DNA of 64,000 bases from Candidatus Wolfebacteria bacterium RIFCSPLOWO2_01_FULL_47_17b (GTDB lineage Bacteria > Patescibacteriota > Minisyncoccia > UBA6257 > JAGOQP01), in the NCBI GenBank assembly GCA_001793865.1, contig MGIS01000023.1, positions 60,137 through 124,136 on the forward strand, given 5' to 3'. The notes under the pieces are model-generated. The model did no database searches. It was not told the origin of the DNA and was given only the letters and a program-made list of their open reading frames with translations. A program made the translations under genes and the position numbers. This document shows positions 38,575 through 49,321 of this stretch, one piece after another. Position 1 is the first letter of the stretch; each line of letters opens with the position of its first letter.

Positions 38575-39642
38575 TTATTGAGTCAATATGACTCTCCCTC
38601 CTCCCATAAAGTAAGATTGCCACAGTGGGCGGGGGTAGGGCACTTCACGAACGCTCCATTCAACGCCCGCATATGAACTTGTGTAGAGACGACCGGCGGA
38701 GAGGATGTAAATGTTTCCATCCTGCACGCCAAATGTGTCTATAGCGTTTGCAAGCAATGGAATTTGGTCATACAGCGCAAAGCTCGCTCCGGAATTGGTG
38801 CTGCGATATATGCCGCTTTTGGTGCGAATGTATATCGCTCCCCGTTCGTCATCGGCAAATTGCAGAATAGATGCGGCTGAAAAGAGACTCCCGCCCGGAA
38901 TGCGCACCCGGCGAAAATCACCGTATGGCCCCGCTCCCCTATAGAGCGTTCCATTTTTGAGCAGAATATACATGAAATTATCCGATGCGTACGTGATGCC
39001 GGTTACCTGCTGATCAAATTCCGAAAGCGTCTCAAACACCTTTTTGGTCAAGTTGTAGCGTAAAAGCTGACCGTTGGACATGCCGATGTACACGTCATCT
39101 CCAAAAAGATACATAGCGTATACCGCCTCCCTTTGGAAGTCGGTTATTTTTTCGATGGTAAAGAAATCGTTATCGGTTCTGTACAGGGCTCCTCTGCTGT
39201 TTTCATATACGCTTATGAAATATTCTCCTTGCGATTTTCCTTCAATGACGTCGAGTATGATCGCTTCCGAAGAAAAGTTGGACCTAGGTTTGTAGTTGAG
39301 TCCTCCGTCCAAACTCACGAAAAGTCCCCGAGTAGTCCCGATGAATATTGTTTTTCCGTTTTGTGCAGTGCGAACGTTCGTAATTCTTGCTCCTCCTGCG
39401 TCCTTAATGCGGACCGGATGTATATTCTGTAAATTATCATATGATGCGTAAAAAACCATCTCACCTTCGGCTCCGTCATCACTGCGAGCAGATCCCACAA
39501 CCGAAAGCACATTTGCAGAAAGTGATCCCCCCGTGCCTCCGCCAAACGCGTCGAGCACTCCCGGCTGGATTATGGAAAACGCAAAAAAGACGCCGATGGC
39601 GCCTATGGCGAGCAGTATGATGAATTTTACTGTATCGTCCAT
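38575..39642 (-). CDS. Membrane-anchored beta-propeller protein (BNR/Asp-box)
   Basis: N-terminal TM; SLDGGLN, RTDNDF, STNSGASF repeats. Confidence 0.7.
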   Translation of the reverse strand: MDDTVKFIILLAIGAIGVFFAFSIIQPGVLDAFGGGTGGSLSANVLSVVGSARSDDGAEGEMVFYASYDNLQNIHPVRIKDAGGARITNVRTAQNGKTIFIGTTRGLFVSLDGGLNYKPRSNFSSEAIILDVIEGKSQGEYFISVYENSRGALYRTDNDFFTIEKITDFQREAVYAMYLFGDDVYIGMSNGQLLRYNLTKKVFETLSEFDQQVTGITYASDNFMYILLKNGTLYRGAGPYGDFRRVRIPGGSLFSAASILQFADDERGAIYIRTKSGIYRSTNSGASFALYDQIPLLANAIDTFGVQDGNIYILSAGRLYTSSYAGVEWSVREVPYPRPLWQSYFMGGGRVILTQ

Positions 39643-40487
39643 AAGAGCTTTTTTATATGAATTCTTTTTTGTATGGTGACGGTCTGCAGATTATACGCGA
39701 ATTCACTCAATTCTTTTAAAACACTCGCGTGCTTCTTGGGATCAAGCATACCTGCCAACGACTCTATAAACAGCTCCGTGTTGTGCGGATGTTCGTTGAA
39801 AAATTCGATAATCTCATCGGAAACGTTTTTCTTGTTGGTCGTCGATGAGGCTCGAATCGCCTGTTTAGCAAGTTTCGTGGCCGTGTGCAAGGCCGAACCT
39901 TGACCATTTTGTGCTTCGGCAAAGGTTCTAGCCCGTCCGACACGCCCACGTGCTGTATCCGCAATTTCAAGTTTCCTGTCTTGCATTATATCATACTGGT
40001 CTAAAAAGTCAAGTACCTCCTCCCGGGGCAGGATTGGCATAAACACCAGCTGGAATCGTGATCGCACTGCCGGCAGAAATATGTCCGAGTCGGTAGCAGT
40101 TGCAAGTATTATCCCCGACTTAGGCGGCTCCTCCAGTATTTTTAGAAGCGCATTCTGCGCCTGATCCGTGAGCCACTGCGCATCCCTAATAATGGCGATT
40201 CGATAGGAGGGCTTGCCCTCCGTAGCCTTGGCGGAGGAGGGGGTCTGGTAGAGAAAATGCTCAAGCTCACGTACTTTTTCTATACCGACACTCTCTTTGT
40301 CGCTTCCTTCTTCTGCTGAAAAATCTACCGTGAGTATGTCGCTTGGATGGGCAATCTTTGCCGCAAGCTCCCGCGCAAACAAAAACTTTCCTATCTGCGG
40401 TTCGCCGTAGAAAAGGTAGGTATGTGAGAGGTTGCCCCCTTCAATAAGCCGATCAAAATCCTTTTGCAGTGATTCGTATCCGAACAT
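39627..40487 (-). CDS. holB: DNA polymerase III delta' subunit
   Basis: SHTYLFYG..GK, AQNALLKILEEPP, VRSR. Confidence 0.88.
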   Translation of the reverse strand: MFGYESLQKDFDRLIEGGNLSHTYLFYGEPQIGKFLFARELAAKIAHPSDILTVDFSAEEGSDKESVGIEKVRELEHFLYQTPSSAKATEGKPSYRIAIIRDAQWLTDQAQNALLKILEEPPKSGIILATATDSDIFLPAVRSRFQLVFMPILPREEVLDFLDQYDIMQDRKLEIADTARGRVGRARTFAEAQNGQGSALHTATKLAKQAIRASSTTNKKNVSDEIIEFFNEHPHNTELFIESLAGMLDPKKHASVLKELSEFAYNLQTVTIQKRIHIKKLLWTIQ

Positions 40488-41503
40488 TATTTTTTATTCA
40501 AAAGTGTGCGCTTGTAGACATCCAGATGGCTCAGGATGAGTCCGGTGCCTTTGGCAACGCATAGCAGCGGCTCTTCCGCGACGTACGCCTGCACGCCCAG
40601 CGCTTTTTTGAAAAACGAGGTGAGGTTTTCTATCTGCGCGCCGCCGCCCGAAAGCACGATCCCCTTTTCCATAATGTCGGCAACAAGTTCTGGAGGCGTT
40701 TGGTTGAACACCTGTTGAACATTTTTTGCAATCTCCAGAAGGTAGGGATGCAGAGCTTCGGCCACTTCATTTGAATTTATAGTCAGGTCTTTTGGGAGTC
40801 CCGAGGACACATCTCGTCCCCGAACCTGATATTCTTTTTTGGAACGTGTGGTCATCGCGGAGCTTATGGCGATTTTGAGGTTCTCGGCTGTTTGTTCGCC
40901 GATAATAAGCGAGTATTTTTTCTTGATGTATTCCATTATCGCCTCATCAAATCGATTACCTGCTATGCGCAAGCTTGCCCACGACACGATACCACCCAAC
41001 GACACCACCGCCACTTCCGCTGTCCCTCCGCCGATATTCACAATCATATTGCCCGAATGCGTGTTGATAGGAATGCCCGCGCCAAGCGCTGCAAGTATCG
41101 GCTCTTTGACAATATGCGCCGCTTTCGCGCCCGCTTCCACTGCGGCATTCACAACCGCCCGGCGCTCGGTCTGCGTGATGCCCGCGGGAACCGATATGAC
41201 CACATCGGGCTTCATAAACGCGTTGAACGAACCCACTGCCTTTGAAATAAAGTATTTCAAAAGAGCTTTGGTGATGTAGTAGTCGGCAATCACGCCGTCT
41301 TTGAGCGGTTTGTACGCAATGATGTCTGCCGGGGTTTTCCCGATCATATCTTTCGCCTCACGGCCGACGGCAAGCACGTTGTTGTCGGGCACGCTGAGCG
41401 CAACAATAGTCGGTTCGTTTATGACAAAACCCTTGGTGGGCACGAATACAACCGTATTTGCGGTTCCAAGATCAACACCGATTTTTTTGGTAAATAGAGG
41501 CAT
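40487..41503 (-). CDS. mreB: MreB/Mbl paralogue
   Basis: GVDLGTANT, PLKDGVIADY, TERRAV, NIGGGTAE. Confidence 0.92.
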   Translation of the reverse strand: MPLFTKKIGVDLGTANTVVFVPTKGFVINEPTIVALSVPDNNVLAVGREAKDMIGKTPADIIAYKPLKDGVIADYYITKALLKYFISKAVGSFNAFMKPDVVISVPAGITQTERRAVVNAAVEAGAKAAHIVKEPILAALGAGIPINTHSGNMIVNIGGGTAEVAVVSLGGIVSWASLRIAGNRFDEAIMEYIKKKYSLIIGEQTAENLKIAISSAMTTRSKKEYQVRGRDVSSGLPKDLTINSNEVAEALHPYLLEIAKNVQQVFNQTPPELVADIMEKGIVLSGGGAQIENLTSFFKKALGVQAYVAEEPLLCVAKGTGLILSHLDVYKRTLLNKK

Positions 41504-41618
41504 AACGTAATACGAATCTACAAATCGCACTCATTCTACGAATAATCAAATAAAAAAGCAAACCATTCTGAAACGCAACCTCTTTATACAGTATGCGGTA
41601 TGCGGTATACTCGCTTGT

Positions 41619-42887
41619 ATGACTCTACGCACCCGCAGAAAGCTGTTCGTCTTTTTTATATTTCTGTTTATTTTGGCAAGCGTCGGCACGGTATATTACA
41701 CGCAGGGTTATCGTTTTGATTTTCAGGAATGGAAACCAACCCGTACCGGCTCGCTCTATGTGGAGTCGTACATCCGCCCCGTGTCTATTTTTCTCAACGA
41801 TAAACAGCACGACGACCGATCGGGCCTTTTGAAACGTGGCACGCTTATTTCGAGCGTTATCCCAAAAAAATACACGGTGCGCATTGAAAAAGAAGGTTTT
41901 ATACCGTATGAAAAAAATATTGATATACGTGAATCCCGCGTGGTACGGCTCTATTATGTACTGCCCGTTCCTGAAAATCTTCGTCCTTCCGCTACGTTTC
42001 CCGTTGCCGATGCGCTGCGGCTCGTAGACTCGAATGAGTCGGGAAAGGTGCTTGTTGAAGGAACGGGCTCGTACACCGTACTTGATATGCTATCTCCTGG
42101 GGCGCCGCTCGCGCTCGATCCCTACCTTGCGTCGCTTACCCGCAACGCCTATAGCGGCTTTCGGTTCCAGCGCGGGACGTCCGATGGGCTTATCGGGCTT
42201 CGAGAGGAGTCGGTTGACGTCATTCGTATCGGGGCCGATGCTATTTCCGTATTACTGCGTAATACATTCGACGGTTTTTTCGTCGGCGGCCGGAATCTTT
42301 TCGGCTTTGTTGCTTCCTCTCCGGGCGCGGGACAGGCTTCATCGACGGTGTTCGTGCATGATTTACGCACCGGTTCCCGCTTGGACACGTTCGATGTTCC
42401 CTTTGAAGCGAGTGACGTTGTTCGCGCTGAAGGATTCGATTTACGATACCTGTTTCTTCTTTCCAACGGCGACGTATGGGTTCGCGAGGATGGTGAATTC
42501 CAAAAAATTGCGCACGATGCCGTATTTGGCGCGCTTTCGCCGGATGGCTATAAGGTGCTGTATCAGGACTCGGGAGGATCCGTGTTCGTATACATGCTTC
42601 GCGATGAATTTGAGGCACTTGACCTGCCGGCGCGTTCCACAACACGCGTACAACTTGCCGATGCCGCGGAGGCGCGCGACTTGCAATGGCATGCCGATTC
42701 CTATCATATATTTGCCGGCTTCAGAGACAAAATCGTATTAAGTGAGATCATCCGGGGCGAACCTACCAATCAGCCCGCTGTCTGGCAGGGGCCGTATGAT
42801 TCCTTTTTGCATGATGCGCAATCGGGAGGGTTATTCGTTTTGCGAGACGGAGTTATTTCGCGCTTTGATGCGTGGTATAACAAATAG
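41619..42887 (+). CDS. Membrane-anchored PEGA-like / beta-propeller protein
   Basis: TM, GYRFD..TGSLYVES..YTVRIEKEGFIPYEK. Confidence 0.75.
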   Translation: MTLRTRRKLFVFFIFLFILASVGTVYYTQGYRFDFQEWKPTRTGSLYVESYIRPVSIFLNDKQHDDRSGLLKRGTLISSVIPKKYTVRIEKEGFIPYEKNIDIRESRVVRLYYVLPVPENLRPSATFPVADALRLVDSNESGKVLVEGTGSYTVLDMLSPGAPLALDPYLASLTRNAYSGFRFQRGTSDGLIGLREESVDVIRIGADAISVLLRNTFDGFFVGGRNLFGFVASSPGAGQASSTVFVHDLRTGSRLDTFDVPFEASDVVRAEGFDLRYLFLLSNGDVWVREDGEFQKIAHDAVFGALSPDGYKVLYQDSGGSVFVYMLRDEFEALDLPARSTTRVQLADAAEARDLQWHADSYHIFAGFRDKIVLSEIIRGEPTNQPAVWQGPYDSFLHDAQSGGLFVLRDGVISRFDAWYNK

Positions 42888-43277
42888 CACAATCGCGGCG
42901 TACAAGACCGCTCCTACAATATCCATGCACAAATCACCAAGCGTATCCCGAACGCTCACCTGCGCGAACCCTTCGAATCCTTCCAGTTGCCCGAGAACAA
43001 ACTCAAGAAATTCCCACAGTACTCCCATGAAGCTTCCGAAAATTCCGGTAAGACCGGCAAGCTTGAGTCGTTCAATCGTGTGAGCGTACAGATCGGGCAG
43101 TATGTAACCTCTCCCCAGAAATAGGAATAAAGCTCCAGCCCATGCTCCTCCCAACAGGTGCATTGGAATATCTATCCACGGAGCAAGATCAAACCAGCCG
43201 AAGATGATCGCCAATACATAGAGGACAAAAAGTATTCCGAATAAGTAGATAACAGGCCGTATAGTTCCAATGTTCAT
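42831..43277 (-). CDS. Membrane protein (VanZ/DUF2238-like)
   Basis: DIPMHLLGG, LWEFLEF, DTLGDL motifs. Confidence 0.7.
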   Translation of the reverse strand: MNIGTIRPVIYLFGILFVLYVLAIIFGWFDLAPWIDIPMHLLGGAWAGALFLFLGRGYILPDLYAHTIERLKLAGLTGIFGSFMGVLWEFLEFVLGQLEGFEGFAQVSVRDTLGDLCMDIVGAVLYAAIVLFVIPRIKARNNSVSQNE

Positions 43278-43352
43278 GGGAAAGGTTTTAGTGGTTAGTG
43301 GTTAGGGATTAGTGTTTTATTAACAACTAACACCTGATCCCTAATCCCTCTT

Positions 43353-43778
43353 CTATCTTTTGCTCCACTGTGGTGCTCGGCGCGCTTTCTTAAGTCCGTA
43401 TTTCTTGCGTTCCACCATGCGCGCGTCGCGAGTCAGGTAGCCGAATTTTTTGAGCTTTTTACGAAGATCTGGCTGGAGCAGAACAAGCGCCCGCGCAATA
43501 CCGTGCCGGATAGCTTCCGCCTGCGCGTTAAACCCGCCTCCCTGCACATGCGTTGATATCTCGAACGAATCAAGTAAATCCGTCTTTTCAAGCGGGCTTT
43601 GTACCTTTTTTTGCAGTGTGGCAAGCGGGAAATACTCCTGCATCTTTTTTTCATTCACGACGATTCCTCCTTTGCTTGATGCCTTTTTTGCATCGGAGAG
43701 GCGTACGCGAGCTACCGCCGTTTTTCGCCGCCCTACCGTCTCTGTATATTTTTCTTTTTTTACTGTTGTTTTTGTCAT
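43353..43778 (-). CDS. rpsI: 30S ribosomal protein S9
   Basis: GRRKTAVARV, GGG..QAEAIRHGIARAL, ERKKYGLKKARRAPQWSKR. Confidence 0.98.
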   Translation of the reverse strand: MTKTTVKKEKYTETVGRRKTAVARVRLSDAKKASSKGGIVVNEKKMQEYFPLATLQKKVQSPLEKTDLLDSFEISTHVQGGGFNAQAEAIRHGIARALVLLQPDLRKKLKKFGYLTRDARMVERKKYGLKKARRAPQWSKR

Positions 43779-43780
43779 AT

Positions 43781-44122
43781 TTATGCAAATTTCATTCGCT
43801 TGATTCGTTTTGCCTGTAATTTATTCTTGGGCAGCATCCGCAGTACCGCGTGGCGGAGTACGTATTTTTTTCCGTGCTTTGCAATCACATCCTGTAGCTT
43901 CCGTTCTTTCAGGTGGCCAATCTGCGTGGTATGCGAATAGTATTTCTTCTGCTCCAGCTTGCTTCCGCTCAGTTCGATTTTATCCACATTCTGCACCACA
44001 ACCGTATCCACACCCTCAAGGCGCGGGTCGTATTCCGGCTCTTTTTTCCCTTGCAGGATGGTGGCTATCTCTGAAGCAACTCTGCCTAGTCTTTTGTTTT
44101 TACAATCGATAGTATATTCCAT
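43781..44122 (-). CDS. rplM: 50S ribosomal protein L13 (short form)
   Basis: LGRVASEIA..LQGK, AVLRMLPKNKL. Confidence 0.95.
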   Translation of the reverse strand: MEYTIDCKNKRLGRVASEIATILQGKKEPEYDPRLEGVDTVVVQNVDKIELSGSKLEQKKYYSHTTQIGHLKERKLQDVIAKHGKKYVLRHAVLRMLPKNKLQAKRIKRMKFA

Positions 44123-44123
44123 A

Positions 44124-46268
44124 TTATTTTTTCCCCTCAACTATTTGCGCCTCGATATTCTTTGGCACTTCTTCATAATGGCTGAATTCCATCGTGAATG
44201 TGCCGCGGCCCTGCGTGATGGAACGAATTTTCGTCGCGTAGCCGAACATTTCAGATAATGGCACCATCGCGTCGATTACCTTCATCATACCACGATCGCT
44301 CATTTCTTCTATCTTTCCCCGTTTTGAGCTCAGGTCTCCCGTCGCGTCACCCAAGAAATCAGGTGGCACGATGACCTGCACCCGCATAATGGGTTCCAGC
44401 AGTACCGGCGATGAAGATTTTACCGCGTCCTGCAATGCCAGAGATCCTGCTATTTTAAATGCTGCCTCGGATGAGTCAACCTCGTGGAACGATCCGTCAT
44501 ACAGCGCTACTTCCATATCCACCAGCTGGTAGCCTGCTACAATGCCCTTTGCCATCGCTTCCTTGATTCCTTTTTCGATCGCCGGAATAAATTCCTGCGG
44601 GATAACTCCTCCTCTGATCTGGTTCAGAAATTCAAATCCTTTGCCTCGCTCAAGCGGCCGCACTTTGATTTTCGCGTGTCCGTACTGACCGCGGCCTCCG
44701 GACTGGCGGATGTATTTGCCTTCCGCTTCCGCGCTTGCCTTGATTGTTTCCTTATACGATACCTGTGGGCGCCCCACGTTTGCTTCTACGCCAAATTCCC
44801 GCTTCATGCGGTCCACGAGGATTTCCAGATGCAGTTCGCCCATCCCCCAAATAATTGTTTCGCCTGTTTCCGAATTTCCGGTAACACGGAATGTCGGATC
44901 TTCGTCCGCGAGCCGTTTAAGAGACAGACCCAGCTTTTCCTGGTCTGCTTTTGTCTTTGGCTCAATGCGCAAGTTTATAACCGGTTCGGGGAACGTGATC
45001 GTTTCAAGCGTAATAGGATGCTCGGGGTCGCACAGCGTGTCCCCGGTGGTGGTGTTTTTAAGACCCACAATGGCGCCGAGGTCTCCGGTGTGCATTTCTT
45101 CCACGTCTTCACGATGATTCGCGTGCATGCGCACGATACGGCCAATGCGTTCCTGCGAATCTTTGGTAGCGTTCAGAATATACGATCCTTTTTTCAATAC
45201 GCCGCTATACACGCGGAAATATGTCAGGTTCCCCACGAAGGGGTCTGTTGCTATTTTAAATGCCATGGCGGTCAGCGGCTCGTTGTCGCTAGGCTGTCGT
45301 ATGACGTCGGTGCCACTCTTCTGGTCAAGCCCTTTAATCGGTTTTGATTCCGCTATATCCAGTGGCGAGGGCAGATAATCAACCACACCATCCAAAAGCA
45401 GCTGCACGCCCTTGTTTTTAAGCGCGCTGCCGCAGAACACAGGCACCAATTTATTATCAATCGTCGCTTTACGAAGCACCTTCTTTAGATCCGCGACTGG
45501 GATTTCTTCTCCCGCAAGATATTTTTCCATCATTGTCTCGTCGTGCTCGACTATTTTTTCAATAAGCTGAGCGCGCGCTTTTTTCACTTCATCCTGCATA
45601 CCATCCGGGATCGGAATTTCTTCAAGAATTTCTCCGTTGCTTCCGCTTGTACTGAACGCTTTCAGTTCTATAAGATCAACAACCCCTGAGAAATTTTCTT
45701 CGGCCCCAATGGGCAATTGCACCGGAATCGCGTTGGGCGTAAGCCGCTCAAGTATGGATCGATATGAAAAATCAAAACTGGCTCCGGTACGGTCCATTTT
45801 ATTCAAAAAACAAATGCGCGGCACACTATACTTATCCGCCTGGTGCCATACCGTTTCGGACTGCGGCTCCACTCCCGACACGCTATCAAACACCGTTACA
45901 CCTCCGTCAAGCACGCGCAGTGAGCGTTCCACTTCGGCGGTAAAGTCCACGTGGCCCGGCGTGTCGATGATATTGATACGATGCTCGTGCTCATCTCGGA
46001 TTTTCATTTTCTCTTCGTCGGTTTTCGCGTTACGAAGTTCGTAGCGTGGCGTCCAAAAACAGGTCGTCGCGGCGGAGGTAATGGTAATGCCGCGTTCACG
46101 CTCCTGCTCCATCCAGTCCATAACGGCGGCTCCTTCGTGCACCTCTCCTATTTTGTGCGAAATGCCCGTATAAAAAAGTATGCGCTCGGAAACGGTCGTC
46201 TTTCCCGCGTCAATGTGAGCTATGATGCCTATATTACGATATTTTTCCAAAGGATACTGTTTGAACAT
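44124..46268 (-). CDS. fusA: Elongation factor G
   Basis: [36 protein letters not shown]. Confidence 0.98.
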   Translation of the reverse strand: MFKQYPLEKYRNIGIIAHIDAGKTTVSERILFYTGISHKIGEVHEGAAVMDWMEQERERGITITSAATTCFWTPRYELRNAKTDEEKMKIRDEHEHRINIIDTPGHVDFTAEVERSLRVLDGGVTVFDSVSGVEPQSETVWHQADKYSVPRICFLNKMDRTGASFDFSYRSILERLTPNAIPVQLPIGAEENFSGVVDLIELKAFSTSGSNGEILEEIPIPDGMQDEVKKARAQLIEKIVEHDETMMEKYLAGEEIPVADLKKVLRKATIDNKLVPVFCGSALKNKGVQLLLDGVVDYLPSPLDIAESKPIKGLDQKSGTDVIRQPSDNEPLTAMAFKIATDPFVGNLTYFRVYSGVLKKGSYILNATKDSQERIGRIVRMHANHREDVEEMHTGDLGAIVGLKNTTTGDTLCDPEHPITLETITFPEPVINLRIEPKTKADQEKLGLSLKRLADEDPTFRVTGNSETGETIIWGMGELHLEILVDRMKREFGVEANVGRPQVSYKETIKASAEAEGKYIRQSGGRGQYGHAKIKVRPLERGKGFEFLNQIRGGVIPQEFIPAIEKGIKEAMAKGIVAGYQLVDMEVALYDGSFHEVDSSEAAFKIAGSLALQDAVKSSSPVLLEPIMRVQVIVPPDFLGDATGDLSSKRGKIEEMSDRGMMKVIDAMVPLSEMFGYATKIRSITQGRGTFTMEFSHYEEVPKNIEAQIVEGKK

Positions 46269-46342
46269 AGTGGTTAGTGATTAGGGTTTAGGGATTAGTA
46301 TTTCCTGACAACTAACACCTAATCCCTGATCCCTGCTTTTGC

Positions 46343-46810
46343 TCATCTGGCAAAGTGAGCAAAAGCTCTGTTGGCTTCCGCCATCTTGTGCACCTGTTGT
46401 TTCTTCTTGATTGCGTTGCCGTCGTTGTTATACGCCGCGATGAGTTCGTCCGCGAGCTTTTCACTCATTGCCCGTCCTTTTGCCGCGCGTGCACCATCTA
46501 TAATCCAGTTGCATGCCAAAAAGAACCGTCGTTCCGCCCGAACCTCACGTGGCACCTGGTAGTTTGCGCCTCCCACGCGCTTAGAAACAACTTCATATAC
46601 GGGGGATGCGTTTTCAATAGCTTTTTCAAATATTTCTATCGGTTCTTTTTTAAGCTTTTTCGCGGCGGCATCGAACGCGGCGTACGCTATGCGCTGTGCG
46701 GTTGATTTTTTTCCGTCCCTCATTATGTAGTTTACAAAGCGCGAAATAGCGACATTGTCGAATTTAATATCGGGGTCGATGTCTTTGGTATATACTCTTT
46801 TTTTTCTCAT
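46343..46810 (-). CDS. rpsG: 30S ribosomal protein S7
   Basis: MRDGKKSTA, RVGGANYQVP, MAEANRAFAHF. Confidence 0.98.
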   Translation of the reverse strand: MRKKRVYTKDIDPDIKFDNVAISRFVNYIMRDGKKSTAQRIAYAAFDAAAKKLKKEPIEIFEKAIENASPVYEVVSKRVGGANYQVPREVRAERRFFLACNWIIDGARAAKGRAMSEKLADELIAAYNNDGNAIKKKQQVHKMAEANRAFAHFAR

Positions 46811-46813
46811 ATA

Positions 46814-47224
46814 TTATTTCCCTTTCTTCACTCCATATTTTGATCGTTCTTGTTTGCGGTTCTCCACCCCTGTCGCGTCCAAACGTCCGCGGACGATATG
46901 GTAGCGCACACCCGGCAAGTCCTTTACGCGGCCGCCGCGGATAACTACCATTGAGTGCTCCTGTAGATTGTGTCCTTCGCCGGGGATATATGCCGTGACT
47001 TCCATGCCGTTGGTGAGCCGCACGCGAGCCACCTTTCGGAGTGCCGAGTTTGGTTTTTTCGGGGTTGTGGTAAATACCTTCAGGCATACGCCGCGTTTGA
47101 ATGGTGAGTCGGAGTACACCGGTCGGTTTCGTATGGTATTAAAATAGAGCCCCATCGCCGGAGACTTGGATTTCTTCGTCTTGCTTTTTCTTCCCTGTTT
47201 TATTAGCTGGTGGACTGTCGGCAT
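46814..47224 (-). CDS. rpsL: 30S ribosomal protein S12
   Basis: [34 protein letters not shown]. Confidence 0.98.
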   Translation of the reverse strand: MPTVHQLIKQGRKSKTKKSKSPAMGLYFNTIRNRPVYSDSPFKRGVCLKVFTTTPKKPNSALRKVARVRLTNGMEVTAYIPGEGHNLQEHSMVVIRGGRVKDLPGVRYHIVRGRLDATGVENRKQERSKYGVKKGK

Positions 47225-47284
47225 ACAAATAAAAGCTCCAGGCGTGAGCTTGGAGCTCTATAACGCTTGATGGATAGTGGTGTA

Positions 47285-47313
47285 AATCTAGCAAAACGGC
47301 ATTTCTTTGTCAA
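47285..47313 (-). promoter_or_regulatory. sigma70 promoter of the rpsL operon
   Basis: TTGACA-17-TAGATT. Confidence 0.7.
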
Positions 47314-47349
47314 TACAAAGAAATAAGTCGAAAGTTACACGTTATAAAG

Positions 47350-47958
47350 TTATAAAGCCGCTCCTGTTATAAATGTGAACAAAAACGAAACAATTGGCGG
47401 CAAAATAGAGTACGCGAGAATAAGAGCGAGGATGATACCGAAGAATCCCAATTGCATAACCGCGGCACCTACGCGTGGGAACAAGTCATAGAATATTTTG
47501 GACCCATCCAACGGCGGCACTGGTATTAGATTAAATATTGCAAGTACGATATTTACCATTACCACAAATGAAATGAGTTGCCCTTCAATCGGAAATCCTC
47601 CTTGTTCAAAATACACAAACCGCAATACTAACCCCAGCACAACCGCGATCGCGATGTTTGAAAGTGGACCCGCGATCGCGACTTTCAGATTGCCTGTTTT
47701 CTGGTCACGAAGATTATACGGATTATAGGGCACCGGCTTTGCCCAACCCAAAAATATTCCGGAGGTAAACAATAGTAGTAGCGGCAAAATGACCGTGCCA
47801 ACCATATCCAGATGTACGAATGGATTAAGCGTCAGCCGCCCCTGCTGTTCAGCGGTATTGTCTCCCAAGTGTTTTGCCATCGCCGCATGCGAAAACTCAT
47901 GCACCACGGCAGATAATACAATAACGATATATATGAAAATGATGTTTGTGAAATCCAT
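47350..47958 (-). CDS. Site-2 protease (M50) family
   Basis: HEFSH, GRLTLNP, GWAKPVP, NLIPVPPLDGS. Confidence 0.93.
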   Translation of the reverse strand: MDFTNIIFIYIVIVLSAVVHEFSHAAMAKHLGDNTAEQQGRLTLNPFVHLDMVGTVILPLLLLFTSGIFLGWAKPVPYNPYNLRDQKTGNLKVAIAGPLSNIAIAVVLGLVLRFVYFEQGGFPIEGQLISFVVMVNIVLAIFNLIPVPPLDGSKIFYDLFPRVGAAVMQLGFFGIILALILAYSILPPIVSFLFTFITGAAL

Positions 47959-48007
47959 ATAAGTTATCCACAACCCCGCTTGCACCTCTAGTATACGGGT
48001 GTATACT

Positions 48008-48154
48008 GTGAATGTACATTAAAGCAGATACGAATGGTTTTGTAGGCCTTTTGGCCATTACCATTTCGAAAGTGTTTTACGCACTTTACGTAGAGACAGC
48101 GTTTTGTCTTTGGGAATATTATAAATCTATTCGTACTTCATCTTTGGTACACAC
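48008..48154 (+). ncRNA. Putative structured RNA of unknown family
   Basis: Promoter TTGCAC-16-TATACT (47980-48007); 17-bp stem 48029-48045/48119-48135 with G.U pairs; three inner hairpins; terminator downstream. Confidence 0.55.
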
Positions 48155-48178
48155 TGTTCATTAACAATTATGTTAAAC

Positions 48179-48216
48179 AGGCGCATCACATTTTTTTACT
48201 CGATGCGCCTTTTTTA
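48179..48216 (+). terminator. Intrinsic terminator
   Basis: AGGCGCATC..GATGCGCCT followed by TTTTT. Confidence 0.7.
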
Positions 48217-48280
48217 TTGGCACCACAGAGACACGGAATGCAGATGAGACACGGAGATCTATTTCTGTGTTGCCTTGGTT

Positions 48281-49321
48281 TTATTGTTGATTTTCCCAAA
48301 TGAGTATGCTTTCAAACGGCGTAGTCACGGCATCAAACGGTATCTCCGTATGCCTATTCAGGTTTTGTATAGTCACCGTCACCGATTTAAACACAAGACC
48401 TACGAGCCCTTCCCGCGATCGGATATCGAGTATATATGTCTGTGGTTTTTTGTTCGATGCGAACAAATGCCATTGTGAAACCGAAATGTCGTCAAGGAAG
48501 TCACTATCATAGCGATCAAGTATGTACTCCGCCAGCTGCCGTTTATATACCGCATCCGCCTGTAGCAGCACACCTTTCATCCCCCGTGGGGCTGGCACGA
48601 CCGGACTTTTGGTTGAACTTCGTAGAATACGGTCCAAAAGGCGCCGCGCATCCTCTCCTCTTTCTTTTGAGACGTCTCGAAATAAGCCGGATCTATTAGA
48701 AATAGCATCGAGCCCGAACCGGTACGCTTCTGAAAAAAATGTTTCTGGATTTGCCTGTATCCATGCGTACTGCGAAAGAATATGCTCGCCTTCGGTCTTG
48801 AATACAAGTTCACCATTTTCTCTTCGTATGGCGGCAAAAGCCATGCCGCCTGCCATAGGCGCTTCAATCTCAATCGATATTGCCGGTTTGTTTTGTACGA
48901 TTGCGATGCCGCGCGCGCTAACCCCCGCTTCATTCTGCGGAAGTATGGCCTGCACTTCAAATTCGAATGATTTCGCATCCTCAAGAGCCGTGTACACGCG
49001 GTTTGCAACAACCTGCGGCTGGTTCTGATACCACGCCCATCCTCCATACAGCAACACCACCACACCCAACACAACGCCTATTCCTATAAAAGTTTTTTTT
49101 CGCCCATCATCTGATATCCGCTCTGCCGACACCGCCGGCGCGGTACGCACAGTGCCATCCCAGAAAGATGGGGGAAGTTCACCTGCGGCATAGAGACGAT
49201 TTATTGCATCTTCAATGTCATCGGACGCATATCCTTCGTGAACAAGCTCTGTTACGATTTCTGAACGTTTTTTCCCTTTGGATGCAAAGCTTTTTATGAG
49301 TAATACGATTTGTTCGTTCAT
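48281..49321 (-). CDS. Hypothetical single-pass membrane protein
   Basis: Cytoplasmic N-terminal domain, one TM, extracellular domain; overlaps the trpS stop. Confidence 0.7.
   Translation of the reverse strand: MNEQIVLLIKSFASKGKKRSEIVTELVHEGYASDDIEDAINRLYAAGELPPSFWDGTVRTAPAVSAERISDDGRKKTFIGIGVVLGVVVLLYGGWAWYQNQPQVVANRVYTALEDAKSFEFEVQAILPQNEAGVSARGIAIVQNKPAISIEIEAPMAGGMAFAAIRRENGELVFKTEGEHILSQYAWIQANPETFFSEAYRFGLDAISNRSGLFRDVSKERGEDARRLLDRILRSSTKSPVVPAPRGMKGVLLQADAVYKRQLAEYILDRYDSDFLDDISVSQWHLFASNKKPQTYILDIRSREGLVGLVFKSVTVTIQNLNRHTEIPFDAVTTPFESILIWENQQ

Noticed and set aside
34361-41503. Two mreB paralogues
   Set aside because: Multiple MreB/Mbl copies are ordinary and both look intact.
45980-46055. 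~20-aa insertion in EF-G between TCFW and RINIID
   Set aside because: A length-variable loop with no intein or palindrome signature.
47963-47971. Perfect DnaA box TTATCCACA as a possible oriC
   Set aside because: Single box, with no dnaA or dnaN nearby and no switch in gene orientation.
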